Shown here one piece after another: positions 38,901 to 52,564 of a stretch of 64,000 bases of DNA. Source of the DNA: Trichinella spiralis (lineage: Eukaryota); NCBI RefSeq assembly GCF_000181795.1, contig NW_003526941.1:999844-1063843 (forward strand), given 5' to 3'. Positions within the stretch are counted from its first letter, which is position 1; each line of letters begins with the position of its first letter. The notes beneath the pieces were generated by a model. The model saw only the letters and a program-made list of their open reading frames with translations, did not search any database and was not told the origin of the DNA. The position numbers were made by a program, and so were the translations under genes.

Positions 38901-40106
38901 CTTCTTCCTCTCTTACACCCTTTTCGAATTGTTCAATTTCGGTGCTAGCATTTTCTTCCAGGAACTGATCGAACCGCTGTTCTGTTCTGACACTGACAGG
39001 CTTCTTTGCTTCCGAAAACTGTGAATCAGTTGCTTCTTGTAAAGTCGAAGCTGTGTGCCATTGACTTTGTTCAGGCATATGCTGTTCGTCCAAACCGAAC
39101 AATTTTAATACTTGCTCTGCTGACGACAGACTGTCACTTCGGGTGGGCAGCTCAACTGCATCAGCAGCAACACGCGTAATTTCCTGCTGCTTCAGCGGCT
39201 CAGTTTGCAACTGCATCCTGCCACCACGTGCTTGTTGTACTTGGGCAATGGCTTCGTTCTCAGCAACCACACGCAGCAGCTGCTGTTCCCAATCCGCTCG
39301 ACCGTCTCGTCCCACATCTGATGGCTGGTCGACTGTGATTTCACTCAAAGCAGTTGCGTTGCTTTCAAAATGCAGTTCTACCGTTTGTGGCTTGTCGTCT
39401 GCATCAATCAGTGATGGTATTTGCTCGCCGACATCCGGTACGTAAAGCTGTTGATCAGCGAACGAGACCGGCAAGTCTGGACTAGCGTTTGTCGAAGTTG
39501 GTTTTGTGCTCAGATCACGCAATACTTCAGTATCTGGCAGTTCTGGTTTTTGCACTGTTAACAATTCACAACACTGAGACACCGATCCAGAAACCGGTGC
39601 TGACTCCACCAAGTGTATTTCAGAAGGAAAACTCTGGCGAATCTGATCCTCTACAACATGCGCCGCGAGTATGTGCCCGTCTAAGTTTGGCTGCTGTGGC
39701 AACCGCGCGTCCGCACCCTTTGTAGAACTTTGTGAAACCCGCATCAGAGTACTACCAACTCGTTCAGGAAACCCGAATTTTTTCCTCTGCATTTCCATAT
39801 CCCACTGCTCGAAGTGTTTAATCCTATCTCGAACTGAGACCCCATCCTCTTCTGACTCTTCTTGTTCTTGTTCTACGCGCTCACTAAGGTGCCCTTCACT
39901 CAAGGGAGATCGCTCTTCTGAAGGGGATGTACCAACTAGCTCTCTGCTTGGCTGTGAGACTTGGGGTGGATTATCCTCCACCGGGGACATCTCCGGCAAA
40001 TCCAGCGGCAGCTGGTGAAGCATAGACGCTGATGAAGGGAGTTTTTTTTCAAACATAACTCGACACTGCGACACGAGTCCAACAGGACCAGCAGCGTACA
40101 GATTTT
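29968..40106 (-). CDS. unc-44: Giant exon 2 (10,139 coding nt to TAA), acidic S/E/D-rich, AO13/XL-like C-terminus
   Basis: The 3368-aa ORF extends upstream to acceptor TACTAACttttag|AA, which has a consensus branch point and phase 1. It contains [24 protein letters not shown] and several DSL motifs near the C-terminus. Confidence 0.9.
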
Positions 40107-41755
40107 CTAAAAGTTAGTATACAAGCAGTTAGTTGGCAGATATTTTCTACTAACTGCAGTTAGCAGCGAACAGATGATGGATAACAGACTAAAAGGAAAA
40201 ACTCTCGATCAATTCTTAGCGCTGAATCAGATAAATAATACAATACAAAGAAACAAAAATAAATGAATGAAGAAATGTCATCACGGACATTCTTCACTGT
40301 GTACATACAATACAACAACATCAACATCAGCAGTAAATACAATCTGAAAATTTTCCATATCATGTGACATAAATTCTTCAACTTGTAGAAAAACAACGCA
40401 CAAGTACACAACAAGTTATGAGAAGACAATTTTGCTCAATAAGAAAAAAAAATTTTTTAAGACTGAGAATTAAAATGTTCACAAAACACAAATACTATGA
40501 GTGTGTAACAGCAGTAGATACGTTAAGCAAATCAATTCAGCTTTAAGAAACGATTATCCGTTTATAAATAATATGATTATAAATTATTTACTAAAATTTG
40601 GCCTAACATCCAATTCAATTGAAATAACATGTCCAATTTTGTCAGTGAACAGACAAGAAAACGAGCAGACAGACATTCGAGGAGTGGAAGAAATAATTGT
40701 GCACTGCTTGAATCTTCCAGTTTGAATTAAAGAATAAACCTATCACGTTGAAAACGAAATCTAATTTATTTTCTTAACCAACAACAGCTGACCATCTATC
40801 TCATCAACAAATTAAATGTCCATGCAAAGAAGGTGAAAAAGAAGCAACAAACGAAATTGAAAACCCATCCATAAAAATACGAGATCAAAATGTACGAATA
40901 TGAAAGACTGAAGAAAAGACTTACAGTGTAGAAAGCAACAGAGAAAAAAAAACTAAAGCGCAGAGTATTTTGATTGTAAACTGTGTTTAAATCGTTAAGT
41001 GGCCAAGAAAACTAAATCACACCAGGCAACACATTAGGCAAAGAAACAACACAAACAACACAAACGAACAAACAAACAAACAAACACACAGTAATGCAAA
41101 ACTATACGGAGCGTTGACGCTTTTTGCGCCTCCAAAACCTAGAACTAATTATAACTGAACAACGGATACTAATACTAAGTAAGTGTCGGTGAGCGAACAA
41201 GCAAAAGCAAATATAGCTGACAAAAGAAAAAAAATGTAAAAAAAACTGCACGCAGACAGACAGTATGTGTTCAGCAGGATAAAAGCCACAAAACAACAGT
41301 GTACTACTAATATTTTATAGGATAAAATTTTCATTTGATCATTTTTACCTCCTCCACCTCCTCCTCCTGCAGCTGGCGCGGCTGGCGACAGTTGAATATG
41401 CGCGTTCTTATCCAAAACTCCGTTGAACACTGCATCGTCAACTTTGAGTCGTATTAATGGCTGGCCAGACGTGCCAGTCGTCGCAGTACCTATCCGCAAA
41501 GTCACTGTTTAGTTTGATAACACTAAATCTATTTGTTGGCCCCTGAATTCTATCTTTCATCAATTCAGACAACACTTTCAGAGGTCGTTATTTCACAAAT
41601 ATTCTGAACACTAGAAATGTCTGCTATTGAAAAATCATCTCTCGTCATTACTCAGAATATAATTTTTTACATCCCTCTGTTGGGGGATGAAAAATGGAAA
41701 CTAATCAAATCACCACCGATAAATCAAATCTGGCCAGCAAGTGGGAGTTGTAAAA

Positions 41756-41786
<31 letters not shown>

Positions 41787-42799
41787 CTTCGTCAAAGCTT
41801 GCTTCTACATATCGTTATTGCTCAACGAAACAGCCTGCGCGTTGCGAGAGGCCTTTCTCCAATAGCAAAACAACACAACTGAAAAACAATCACTCACCTG
41901 GAGATGAAGAGATCTCTTCAACAATCGGCTCGCCAGTGGGCGTGTCACCGAACGTCTGCGTTGTAGTGACCGTCTTTTGAATTGGCTTGCCGTCGGGACC
42001 TAAGGAAAAAAAATTGTCCTTGCTCACCACTTTTGCATGACTGAATCAACTTCAGCAAAATTGATTATCATTTTATTAAGTAATTTTGTTTGCACGCTTT
42101 CCCCGCTTCATTTTTCCTCCAATCACCTTTCACAATATTACAATGCATCGCTCGTTGGCTGATCAATTCACGAATATGCTTCAGGTGGATCTTTTCAAAA
42201 TGAACTTTGCCCCTGGTGCAAACTTTTCCAAACAACTTAGCTTGATAAACTCTTTAAAATGTTGGGTCCAGTTAAACTGTTCTAAAGATGCGTCTTCAAG
42301 CCGGCTTAATCTCACAAACTTGCACTTCCACTGCTCCAGAGTACGACTACTGAACAAACGAACGAACGAGAATAGATAGATATAAGCAGTCGTCGACGAC
42401 GACGACAGAGGATGTACGTACATACGTAAGCACGTAAGTACGTACGTTGGCGCCGAGAAGGATCTATTTTTATTCCTCTAACATGGCCGGCCGACAACGC
42501 GCAATCATCAATTGATGCCGTCCTGTTCAAAATGCTAGTTCGCTCGAAGCAAACTGAAAACAATGGAACATGTAACAAACGGCGATGATTAATCATCAAC
42601 TTTCAAATCAAATAATCCACACACATTCAGTCGCTTCTAATGGAAAAGCTTCTTATTAAAATAAATGCATATATTCAGTTTTTGTGACGAAACTTTACGA
42701 CGAAAGACTAAAGTTGAAGCATCAACCGCTGGTGGAAATTATTCTCTTTTTTCCATTCCAAAAATAACCATTTCACACACAACATGCTCTTACGAACAC

Positions 42800-42830
<31 letters not shown>

Positions 42831-45800
42831 TCTTGATAAAACATACGTGTCAGCAGCTCACCTTATTTCCCGTACGTCAAAAACCACTAACGTGTCGTGT
42901 GTGTACGTACAACGCTACACTCGTGTTCAACAACACCGATAGCGTGCTAATAATCTTCATTTCTTTAAAATTTCGAATCGAAACTACTTTTGAAATCTGA
43001 GATGACGTGCCAAACATTTCATCTCACTGCATCTATTATGAATATACGTTTTTTCCCCTTGCTCAATTGCTTTCTCCGACTCCACAAATCATTCGATCTG
43101 TGTCTATCTGCCATCTTTGTAAAATTTCAAATATAAAAATCCATCAGTTTGGAATATCATAAATGTCACCAATTTTCAGTTGCCTTTTGATAACAAAATA
43201 CAACCATCGTATAATAAACCACCACACATTATTACATGGGATTCCAACAAAATTCAAAAGCATTAAAAACAAATGCAGAAAAACTGCTTACCTTCACTAA
43301 GAGTCCGAGTAGTGGTCACTACTCGCATTATTTTTTTCGTACTAACAAGATGACCATCTTCAACGTATCCCTCTTCAAGAGTTTCAGTTTCTTGCGAAGT
43401 TTCGACTGAAAAAAATTCATAATCACATATCAATGTTAAAAGAATGCCAAAGAAAAAGGAAACTATGAAAATCATCTTTTCCTTTTCTTCTAAGAAAAAT
43501 CACAAACTGAAGAATAATTCAAATACATATATATACGTATAATGAATAATAAACTGACACGCGCGTTTTATTTTAACGTAACCCTGTCTATTTTGGTGTG
43601 TGGCCTGAGAGAAAATTACCATCCGTATTTCGAGAATAATCTTCAGTGTCGATGAAATTCGACAAAGAAACGGTCGGCAAACAGCAATGAATGACCGGCA
43701 CGCCGGCAAACAAGCCTTGCTGCACAACAATCGCCCGTTGGTCAACGTCTCTCGGTTCGTCATCCGACAAACATTCCCCGTGCTGACCGCTCCAGTGCTC
43801 TGCTTCGTATAACTTTTCAGAAAAACCAGGTTCCACAAATCTGCCCGAATCGTAAGGGCGTAGCCGCGTTGTCAACTCACCCAACACTGGCCAACCGTTG
43901 AACAACCCTTGCACAACGGCACCGGATGGTGTGCACCGGTGAACGTATGGCGGTTGCTGTTCGTTGTCATCGTCCATTTCACTCGAAGCAACCAACAACT
44001 GAAATTTGCCGTCACCGCTGGACGATTGTTCGAAATCATCACGATCATCATCCTCAGAAGATGACCAACCACGCTCGTCATGCTCACCGCTCCAATATTC
44101 GGCTTCGAAATGTCGAACTGCAGAAGCCGGTACAAAAAATTCTGGCGATCTTTCTAGCAGTGGTTCCGAAATTGATGCCCTCAACAACGGTGAAGAAGTA
44201 ATAATTAATTCGAAATTAGCCATCGGTGGGCAACTTTTCTCCTCCAGCGGCTGCTGTCGAATCAAGTGACTTGACCGTTGTTCATACTCATGATAAATCT
44301 CTACTGCTCCAGCAGGACAAGGTTCATGCAAACTGCATTGCCCATGCTGAACTGTGTCGCCAACACCGGCGGCGTTCAAATGCTCGACCTCGAGTCGCTC
44401 TGAAACTGACCGCAACTCTGAAATTAAATCACCATTCTTCTCCTCTTTTCTAAGGAATTGCAAAATCGTCCAACTAAATCCTACATCATCCATCACCAAT
44501 AGCTGTTGGTGTAACACTGCACTGAAGACGCAAAAGTAAAGCAAACAAAACAAACAACCGAAATCAGCAATCAATCAATAATCAAAGCAACTGAGATCAA
44601 CTTGGAAAGAGATAAAGCCGCTTTCAACAACTGCAAGACAAAAATCGCAGGCAAAAAAATTATAAACAAACACCATTTCTTTCAATACCGTGGCAGCAAA
44701 TTCATTCCCCTCCTCTCCATCCCCCCCCCCTAGTTGTCTGTCTTTATTTCTGATAAGCAGCAGTCAGTAGTGACACACGCCAGGCAAGCAGTAATTCAAA
44801 CATATTTTCGCATTCAAAAAGCAAACACACATAGGCAAACGCGCGAACGAGCGCGCACACACTCTCTCCACTGATTCTATCTATATATCACACACTTCCA
44901 TTCTCTCAGTAACTGAGAGGTCATCATAATCATCAAGTAAATGCTGCAGCTCAAAGAGAACTTAAAACTGAAGTGGCACAGCTGTGCCCAACTCCCGTTG
45001 CTGATGATTATTCATTACTCTGAGTTGAAAGGGCCATGAAAAAAGCCAACCACTGAAGAATAACAATAAACTTGTAAAAATCTCCTCGATAACTCAATGC
45101 TACTTACATGAGCTAGGTAAATGAGAATCTGTTGCCGATAAAATTACCAAAACACTCTGTTGCTTTCCTCTCATAAGAATAAACTGGCAACGCACAGGCA
45201 AAAAGCAAACAAAAAAAAGCAAAAATTTCTAAAATTCTACACATGTACATGACAATTATACACCGGCGATCTTTCACCGGAAGAGGGTTCGTAACACACT
45301 TCAAATTTCGTACTGCTCACTTCAAATATATTATAAAATCAATATAACAACGACTCACCGTTTTCTGCACTCGACGAAACTCTGTTCTTCTCATTATCCT
45401 GTTCCTTCTTATCCTGCACAGTCTGATGTTCCGGCTTCAGAGGTTCCATTTCCCATGGCAATGGCTTTCTTTCTGGCATTGTAATCACAAATTCACCCGA
45501 ATCCTGGCCACGGCGCACTTCCACATTCAAAGTGACTTCGTTCACGTTTTCCAACAGACGTCCGCCTTCTTGGATCCAAACATCCGAATGCGTACTGATA
45601 AGATCTGGAAGATCAGAATCCGTACGGCCACGGCCACCAGGTTCAACAAAGTGTACCACTCGGCGCACCACTTGGGTTGAAGAACGATGTCCATCACTGG
45701 CGTCACCGTTATCTGCTTCAAATTCATTCACACCACTGTCGCGGTAAATCAATTCACCGGGCTTGTCGAGAACAACCGCAGCAGTTCGCTGTTGGCCCAC

Positions 45801-48800
45801 CGGTACAGTTTCGTAACTGACGCGTCTGTCTGTGATGGCTGACGACACTGATGGCTCCATTGAAACCACACCCTCAGTCACTTCATCTAAACTACTCGGC
45901 GTATAACTCAGAGATACATCTCTTCCAGGTGAATCTTCTTCAACAACAATCACCCCAGGTGACAAACTATCTGCTGCAGCGAAAGGCTTGACATCTTCAG
46001 TCAGATTTGATTTTTCAACATTGCTCTCCTGATAACTGATCGAACTTGAAGAAGTAGGAATTTCGCGGGAAACGGGTGGTGATTTCGTGCCGGGTTTCTT
46101 CAACGACGATGCTTCATACTGATGATATTGCTCCATGTAAGACGTGCCAGGGTCGACATTCTCCATTTCGTCCAACGAACTGTCTTTGTATGTCAAACAA
46201 CTGCTGGACGGAATCACCTCCTCCACTGAGCTCTCTGATGTTTTCGACAGCAGAACATCCGTTGCGGGTACTTTTGCTTCGGCGTCGGCTTGACCAGCCG
46301 AAGAGTAGCCAGAAGACACTGCTTTGGTAGTAGTATTCCAAAGATCCAAAAGCACTTTAATGGAACTGGACTTCTTACCTGATGGAACCTCCTGCTGATA
46401 CTGGTCGAGATAGGATACATTTTGATCAGCGACTACCTCATCCAAGCCACTATCGTTGTACACTAACGCCTCAACTGGAATGACATCTTCGTCGCCGTGG
46501 AGTTGCGCAACTCCGTCACTCCCTTTTTTCTTCAAATTAGCTTCGTGTTGTTCATACAATTCCAAATAAGACACGTCTCCTTCAACAGGCTGTGCTACTT
46601 TTTCCAAACCACTGTCCTTGTAAACCAACGCACTGCTAGAATCAAATCTGTCTTCTGCAGCTCGTTGCAAAATCACGTCGTCCTTTTTCAAACTTGCTTC
46701 ATGTTCATCATACTGTTTTAAATATGACAACGCCATGTCAGTGTCGGCCGTTTCTTCTAGGCCTGGATCATTGTAAGTCAGAGCAGATGAAAATGGTTTC
46801 GTCGGCTGAATTGAACTGTCCATTAATTGTCTGGGAAATCTGTCAAGTTCCTCTGGCAACAAATCATGCTTCTGTTGATACTGTCTGATGTTCACATCAG
46901 CGCTGCTTGTTTGATCAGGCTCAACTAAGCTACTTTCCTTATACACTAGAGAAGCAGACGGCGCTGTGACATTCAACTGCGCCGTTGCTGTATGATCTGT
47001 TCCGGCTCTGCTTGTTATCATGCTTGACTCATACTGTCTGTACTGTTCCAGGTAAGATACATGCGGATCAACTTTGTCCACATCTTGCAAACCACCATCT
47101 TCTTTATAGGACAAAGATCTGAACTGGGCCGTGTCGTCATTAGAATCAGATGGTTTTACTATTGAAGAAGAAGTTTCAACTTCTTTTTCATAAAGTTCCA
47201 ATCCTTCAACAACATCACCTTCAACAAAACAACGTTCAGATTCATCCAAGCCACTATCATGATACGTCAACGATGATGACGGTGAACTTGGAACACCTTG
47301 ACTAAAGCTAGCCGAATGCGCAAATGTGCTGACAAATGGAATGTCTTTTTTCTTCAAAGATTTCTCATATTCACGATACTGTTCCAGGTAAGAGACATTT
47401 GGTTCAGCAGAATCCACTTGCTCCAAACTACTGTATCTATACGACAACGGCTCAGCAAGAACAATTTCACGCTCAAAACTGGGCAATTTAACAAATGCAC
47501 TTTCCGCTGAGCTACCACCACCCTTCAAATTTTTCTCAAACTGCTCATACTCTACAAGGTAGGATACAGTGGGGTCCATTTGAACCATCGGCTCCAAGCC
47601 ATTTTCCTCAAAAGTCAAAAGTCCAGCAGCAACGACGTCTTTGTCAAAGCTGGACAACTTTCCAACTTCGGCTGCCGCAGGAATAACCTTCACAGTTGAC
47701 GATTCATATTCTTCATACTGTTCCAAATAGGACAGGTTTGGATCAGTTATTTCCATCGGTTGCAAGCATTCATTATCTTCGTATGCCAAATGAGCTATTT
47801 CGCCAGAGCTTGGCAATTTACTCGCCACTGCTGGTGCATCTCCCATCGGAACATCCTTTTTCAAATTGTCCTGACTCTCATCATCCTGTGATACATGGTA
47901 GCCCAAGGCAGAGCAGCTCACATCCACCGGCTCCAGAGAGCTTTCCTTGTGGGACAATGGGTCAATTTTTGCATCTTCTTCATGCAAAGATGCTGAGCGC
48001 TCTGTCACAACTCTTGCCGTTGTTTCACCGGCAGGCTTCAAAGATAATTCATAATCATCATACTGTTCCAAGATAGACATTCTTTGGTCATGCTGCTGCT
48101 GTTCAACTGGTTCCAAAACACTTTCTTGGTAAAACAATGGACCAGTATGCACAGCATCTTTCTCGACCAGTGATTTCTGAATGTTTGAACTCGCTGCCAA
48201 AGGAACTTGCTTTGAGGCATTCTCGTAAAGACAATACTCGTCCAAATAAGATGATACCATTGGGTCGGTTCGATCAACCGATTCAACAGAACTCTCTTGG
48301 TAAATCAAGCTGCCTGGAACCTCGCATTCACTGCTGAGACTAGGTGATTTTTTTGCAAACGCACTCATAGCAGGTACACTTCTTCCTTTTAAAGACTTTT
48401 CAAACTGATCATACTGTTCCAAATAAGACACACTCAAGTCAGGTTGTTTATCGGTTGCTTCCAAACAACTTTCTTGGTAAATCAACTGACCAGCTGGCAA
48501 CACGCTTTGCTCGTTCGATGACGTCGACGTAGAACTTAACGGAGGGACAGTTTTCGCTCCCATCGATTCATGCTTGTGATACTCTTCCAAGTAAGAAACA
48601 ATTGGTTCGATTTGATCGACAGGTTCCAAATGATCTCCTTCGTAAGTCAAACTGCCAGGAATTTCACCTTCACCGCTGTGGATTGACATTCGCTTTGCAT
48701 CTGTCTTCACAGAAGGATCTCCTGTCAAAGACTGTTCATACTGGTGGTATTGCTCTAAGTATGACACGTTGAGATCAGGTTGTTCTTCAGTTGCTTCTAA

Positions 48801-51800
48801 ACAGCTCTCACGATAAACCAACGGTGTAATGAGTGCATTTTCGTTTTCCGTTGACGATGGAGATTTATCAGTAACTGAGCTGAACGACGACGATTCAGGT
48901 TTATCACAGACCACCTCATGCTGGCGGTACTCCTCCAAGTATGAAACGACAGGCTCGATTCGTTCAACAGTTTCCAAAGAATCGTCCCGGTAAGTCAAAC
49001 TGCCAGGAATTTCACGTTCACCACTGTGGATTGGCATTCTCTTTGCATCTGCTTTCACAGAAGGACCTCCTGTCAAAGACTGTTCATACTGGTGGTACTG
49101 TTCTAAGTATGACACGCTGAGATCAGGTTGTTCTTCAGTAGCTTCCAAACAGCTTTCACGATAAACCAACGGTGTAATGTGCGCATTTTCGTTTTCCGCT
49201 GACGATGGAGATTTATCAGTAACTGAGCTGAACGACGACGATTCAGGTTTATCACAGACAACCTCATGCTGGCGGTACTCCTCCAAGTATGAAACGACAG
49301 GTTCGATTCGTTCAACAGTTTCCAAAGAATCGTCCCGGTAAGTCAAACTACCAGGAGTATCTGCTTCACTGGAAAAACTGGTCCATTTTTTTACCATTCC
49401 ACTGGAACTCATCATATGCTGGAATGGACCTGCCTTTTTCAACGACTTCTCATGTTGATTATACTCTTCCAAATAAGACAAATTCGGATCAGTTTGCTGA
49501 AACTGTTCCACAGAACTATCCTGATACACCAAGGAACCAGTGTCCATTGTCAATTTTTGTGCACTGCTTGAAGTTTTCTCTTCACTCAACAATGATGGAC
49601 TTCTTTTTTCTTTCAAAGATGACTCATACCGGTGATACTCGTCTAAATAGGACAAATTCGGATCTGTCTGCAGCACGGGCTCTAAACTTGTCTCCTGATA
49701 AATCAGAGGACCAGTGGTGGTCCTCGTTTCGTGACTCAACCGTGGTGCTCGAGTGAGTGAACTATCCGTGTCAGGTTTCTGATAAGTGTCAGATTCTTTC
49801 AAAGAACTTAAGCTTGCAATCAGTTGCGCATTAGGTTTTTCCAATTCCTGCTTCCCCACTTCGAAACTACCCTCGTAGACTAGCGTGCCCTCTTTAATCG
49901 GCAGCGTACCACCTTCACTTAAGATCGGTTTCAGTTTTGTCACCGGATATTCACGCGTGGCCTCAAGTTGTTCGCTGTGCTCTAGATTCAATGCACTGGT
50001 ATCGGCGTGATCCGGCACTTGTAAGTCACTGTCTTCGTAAGTAAGTGAACTGCTTGGTTCCAACTGCCTTGCAGCAGTAGTTCGTGCTTCGTGCTGTTTG
50101 TACTGCTCCAAGTAGGAGACACCAGGTTCAACGTGATCCTCCTCTTCTAAACAACTGTCCTTGTAGAACAAAGAACCCGTCGCTTCAGCAGCTGCAACTG
50201 GCAGCGACGAAGTCACCGGTCTGCTGCTTAAAGAATCTCTAGCTACAGTCGACAATTCATACTTGTGGTACTGTTCCATGTAAGACAAGCTGGGATCGAC
50301 GGTTTCCAAATCTTCCAAGTTGCTGTCTTTGAAAAGTAATTTTTCTTCACGTGGCAAAGAAGCCCGCTTGGAAACGGTTGGTGTTTTCACATCGCTAGAT
50401 AGATTTCTCGCATTTTCTTCATAAGATGCGTACTGATCAAGATAAGAGACTGGCTCGTTCAAATCTGGCTCAGGCTCAATTCCATCGTCTCGATATGCCA
50501 ACCGACCAACACTACTGACAGAAATTGCATCGGATTTAGTTTGGCTCATGCGCTCAAGCTCATGCTTTGTTGGTAAGAGGGATTGCTGTTGCCGTTGCTG
50601 AACATCATCAACGATCAACGATGCCGTAGTTTGATATGGCAAACTGATGTCGCTTGCTGTAATTTCAGCTCTACTGAACGGTGGTTCTCTGTCTGACAAA
50701 AGAGCAGTCGTCGGAGATGAACTCTGGCTCGTCGCAACGCTAACCCACTCTTCAGCCTGCAGCGGACTCAATCCACTGCTGCCACGATCGTAAGCCAGCT
50801 TGTCGACGGTCATCGGTTCAGCAGCACAACTTTCATACGTGCTCGTCGTCTCACTTTCTGCCGAAAGCCTGTCATCCGGCTTCCGACCGCCGAGTAGAAC
50901 CCGAATTGGACACGGTTCCGATACACTGTGCACGTTGGTCACCTCAAACGATTGGTTGCCTTTCAAATCTAAGCGAAGGTCTTTCGGCGGCAAGCTGATC
51001 GCCGGTTGCTCATCGTACAGCAAACGATCACCTGCATACACAGGATACGCTTTATTAACAGCTGCAACATTAATCTAAGTGAACAAACAGCACACAGAAA
51101 AAAACAAAAAGGTAAAACGCAGAGCAGACAGTGATAAGCGGGAAAGACACACCGCAAAGCACCCCAGTAAAAATAAAGCAAATAGCGGCAGCTAACCAGA
51201 GTGGTAATAACAAAGTTTATCGAAAAAAAATTCGACTGAGCTCTTTTTCATATAGTGTAATGAAAAGTATCAGAAAGCGCGTTTTTGGAAAGAAAAACAA
51301 AATAAAGCAAGCGTCTCGACAAAGGCGACATAGCGGTTTTGAGGCAGGATGAGAAAATAAATAATAAGCAGATTGAATAAAATATCATATTATTAATTAA
51401 TGTTATTATCATTATTACTGTATTATTAAAATTAAAATTATTATTATTATTGTTATACATTTAGTTATTATTTAAATGAATAAAATATATGATTATGCAT
51501 AAAAGATTGTAAAAACTAATTTACGAAGGATAACGGCAAACAAGCGGTGCATGCTGCGTGCCTGAGAGAAATGACAAGGAGCATTCATTCATAAAGAAAA
51601 CAAGAATGTGGTGCGACATAGCGATGAAGCATTTCAATGCGCACCTCTAATAACTGCATCTGTATCGTCGGCTTCTGGTCTACAAATGATCGTGTCGTCA
51701 CTTTGCTCTGAACTGCCGACAGAGCTCCCCAAACTGTCCGGCATGTGTGTAATAACAGAACGGCCATCTATTCCAGATAAATCATCAATAACGGGCGGTG

Positions 51801-52525
51801 TTGCCGCATCAACGGCAACTGGCTCTTTCATTTGTGCAACTAGAAAAATTAATGTGACAAAAAATAGATATTCATTTTTATACTGATTGATGTGCGTTAA
51901 ATTTTTATTCTTATTTACTCGTTGCGTGTGTTTGTGCGCAATTTATGAGCACGTTAATGCACGGACTTACCCGCAATTTCTGATAGCGGCGGTGATTGAG
52001 CAAAGCCGACGCCCGTCACTTCTTCAAGATGATCTGACGCCTTGCGCAACTGGCGCTGTGGTTGTTCCGCTAATGATATTTCTCCAAATCGCGTCGGTGA
52101 AATCACAACCTCTTCTTCAACAACTCGGCTCTGATCAATTTTCGGTTCTAGAATAACCAGATTCAATTCATCACAATTTCGGAAAAAATAAAACTTATAA
52201 TGCGTACTCATTATACCATTGGTGTGTTGTTCGACGTTGGCATAGCTCACAGGCACCTATATACAAATAAGACAGCAGATAAAAACAGACAACAGTTGCT
52301 TCAAAAAATGAATGATACTTCTATTCTACGAAACGCTACACCGTTGTACATCGTATCTGAATCTCGAGATGCAGTGTACACGTTGGGCTTTTCCACAGCT
52401 TCAGCCAATTGCAGTACTTTCTGCTCATCTGAAAAATAAGCAAAAAAATTCTTCACATTAAACAGAGTACTGTTTCATTTTGTCTGCGTGCAGGTGAATT
52501 TTCCTTAAAAACACTGCAATCAACA

Positions 52526-52564
<39 letters not shown>

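Noticed and set aside
30338..40018. Many plus-strand ORFs (e.g. 30965-31846, Ser/Cys-rich) overlapping giant exon 2
   Set aside because: They are antisense shadows of a Glu/Gln/Asp-rich coding strand, with no independent motifs.
44517..44574. Hydrophobic N-terminus of ORF 43588-44574 as an sAnk1-like transmembrane first exon
   Set aside because: The ORF lacks an ATG there, and the hydrophobic run corresponds to the T-rich tract before a splice acceptor.
44903..44988. Short palindromes (ctctcagt-a-actgagag; ggcacagctgtgcc)
   Set aside because: Too short to exceed chance convincingly in 64 kb.
45720..50510. Repeat-spacer pattern as a CRISPR-like array
   Set aside because: The repeats are conserved at the protein level within an open eukaryotic exon, not as identical DNA repeats, and no cas genes are present.
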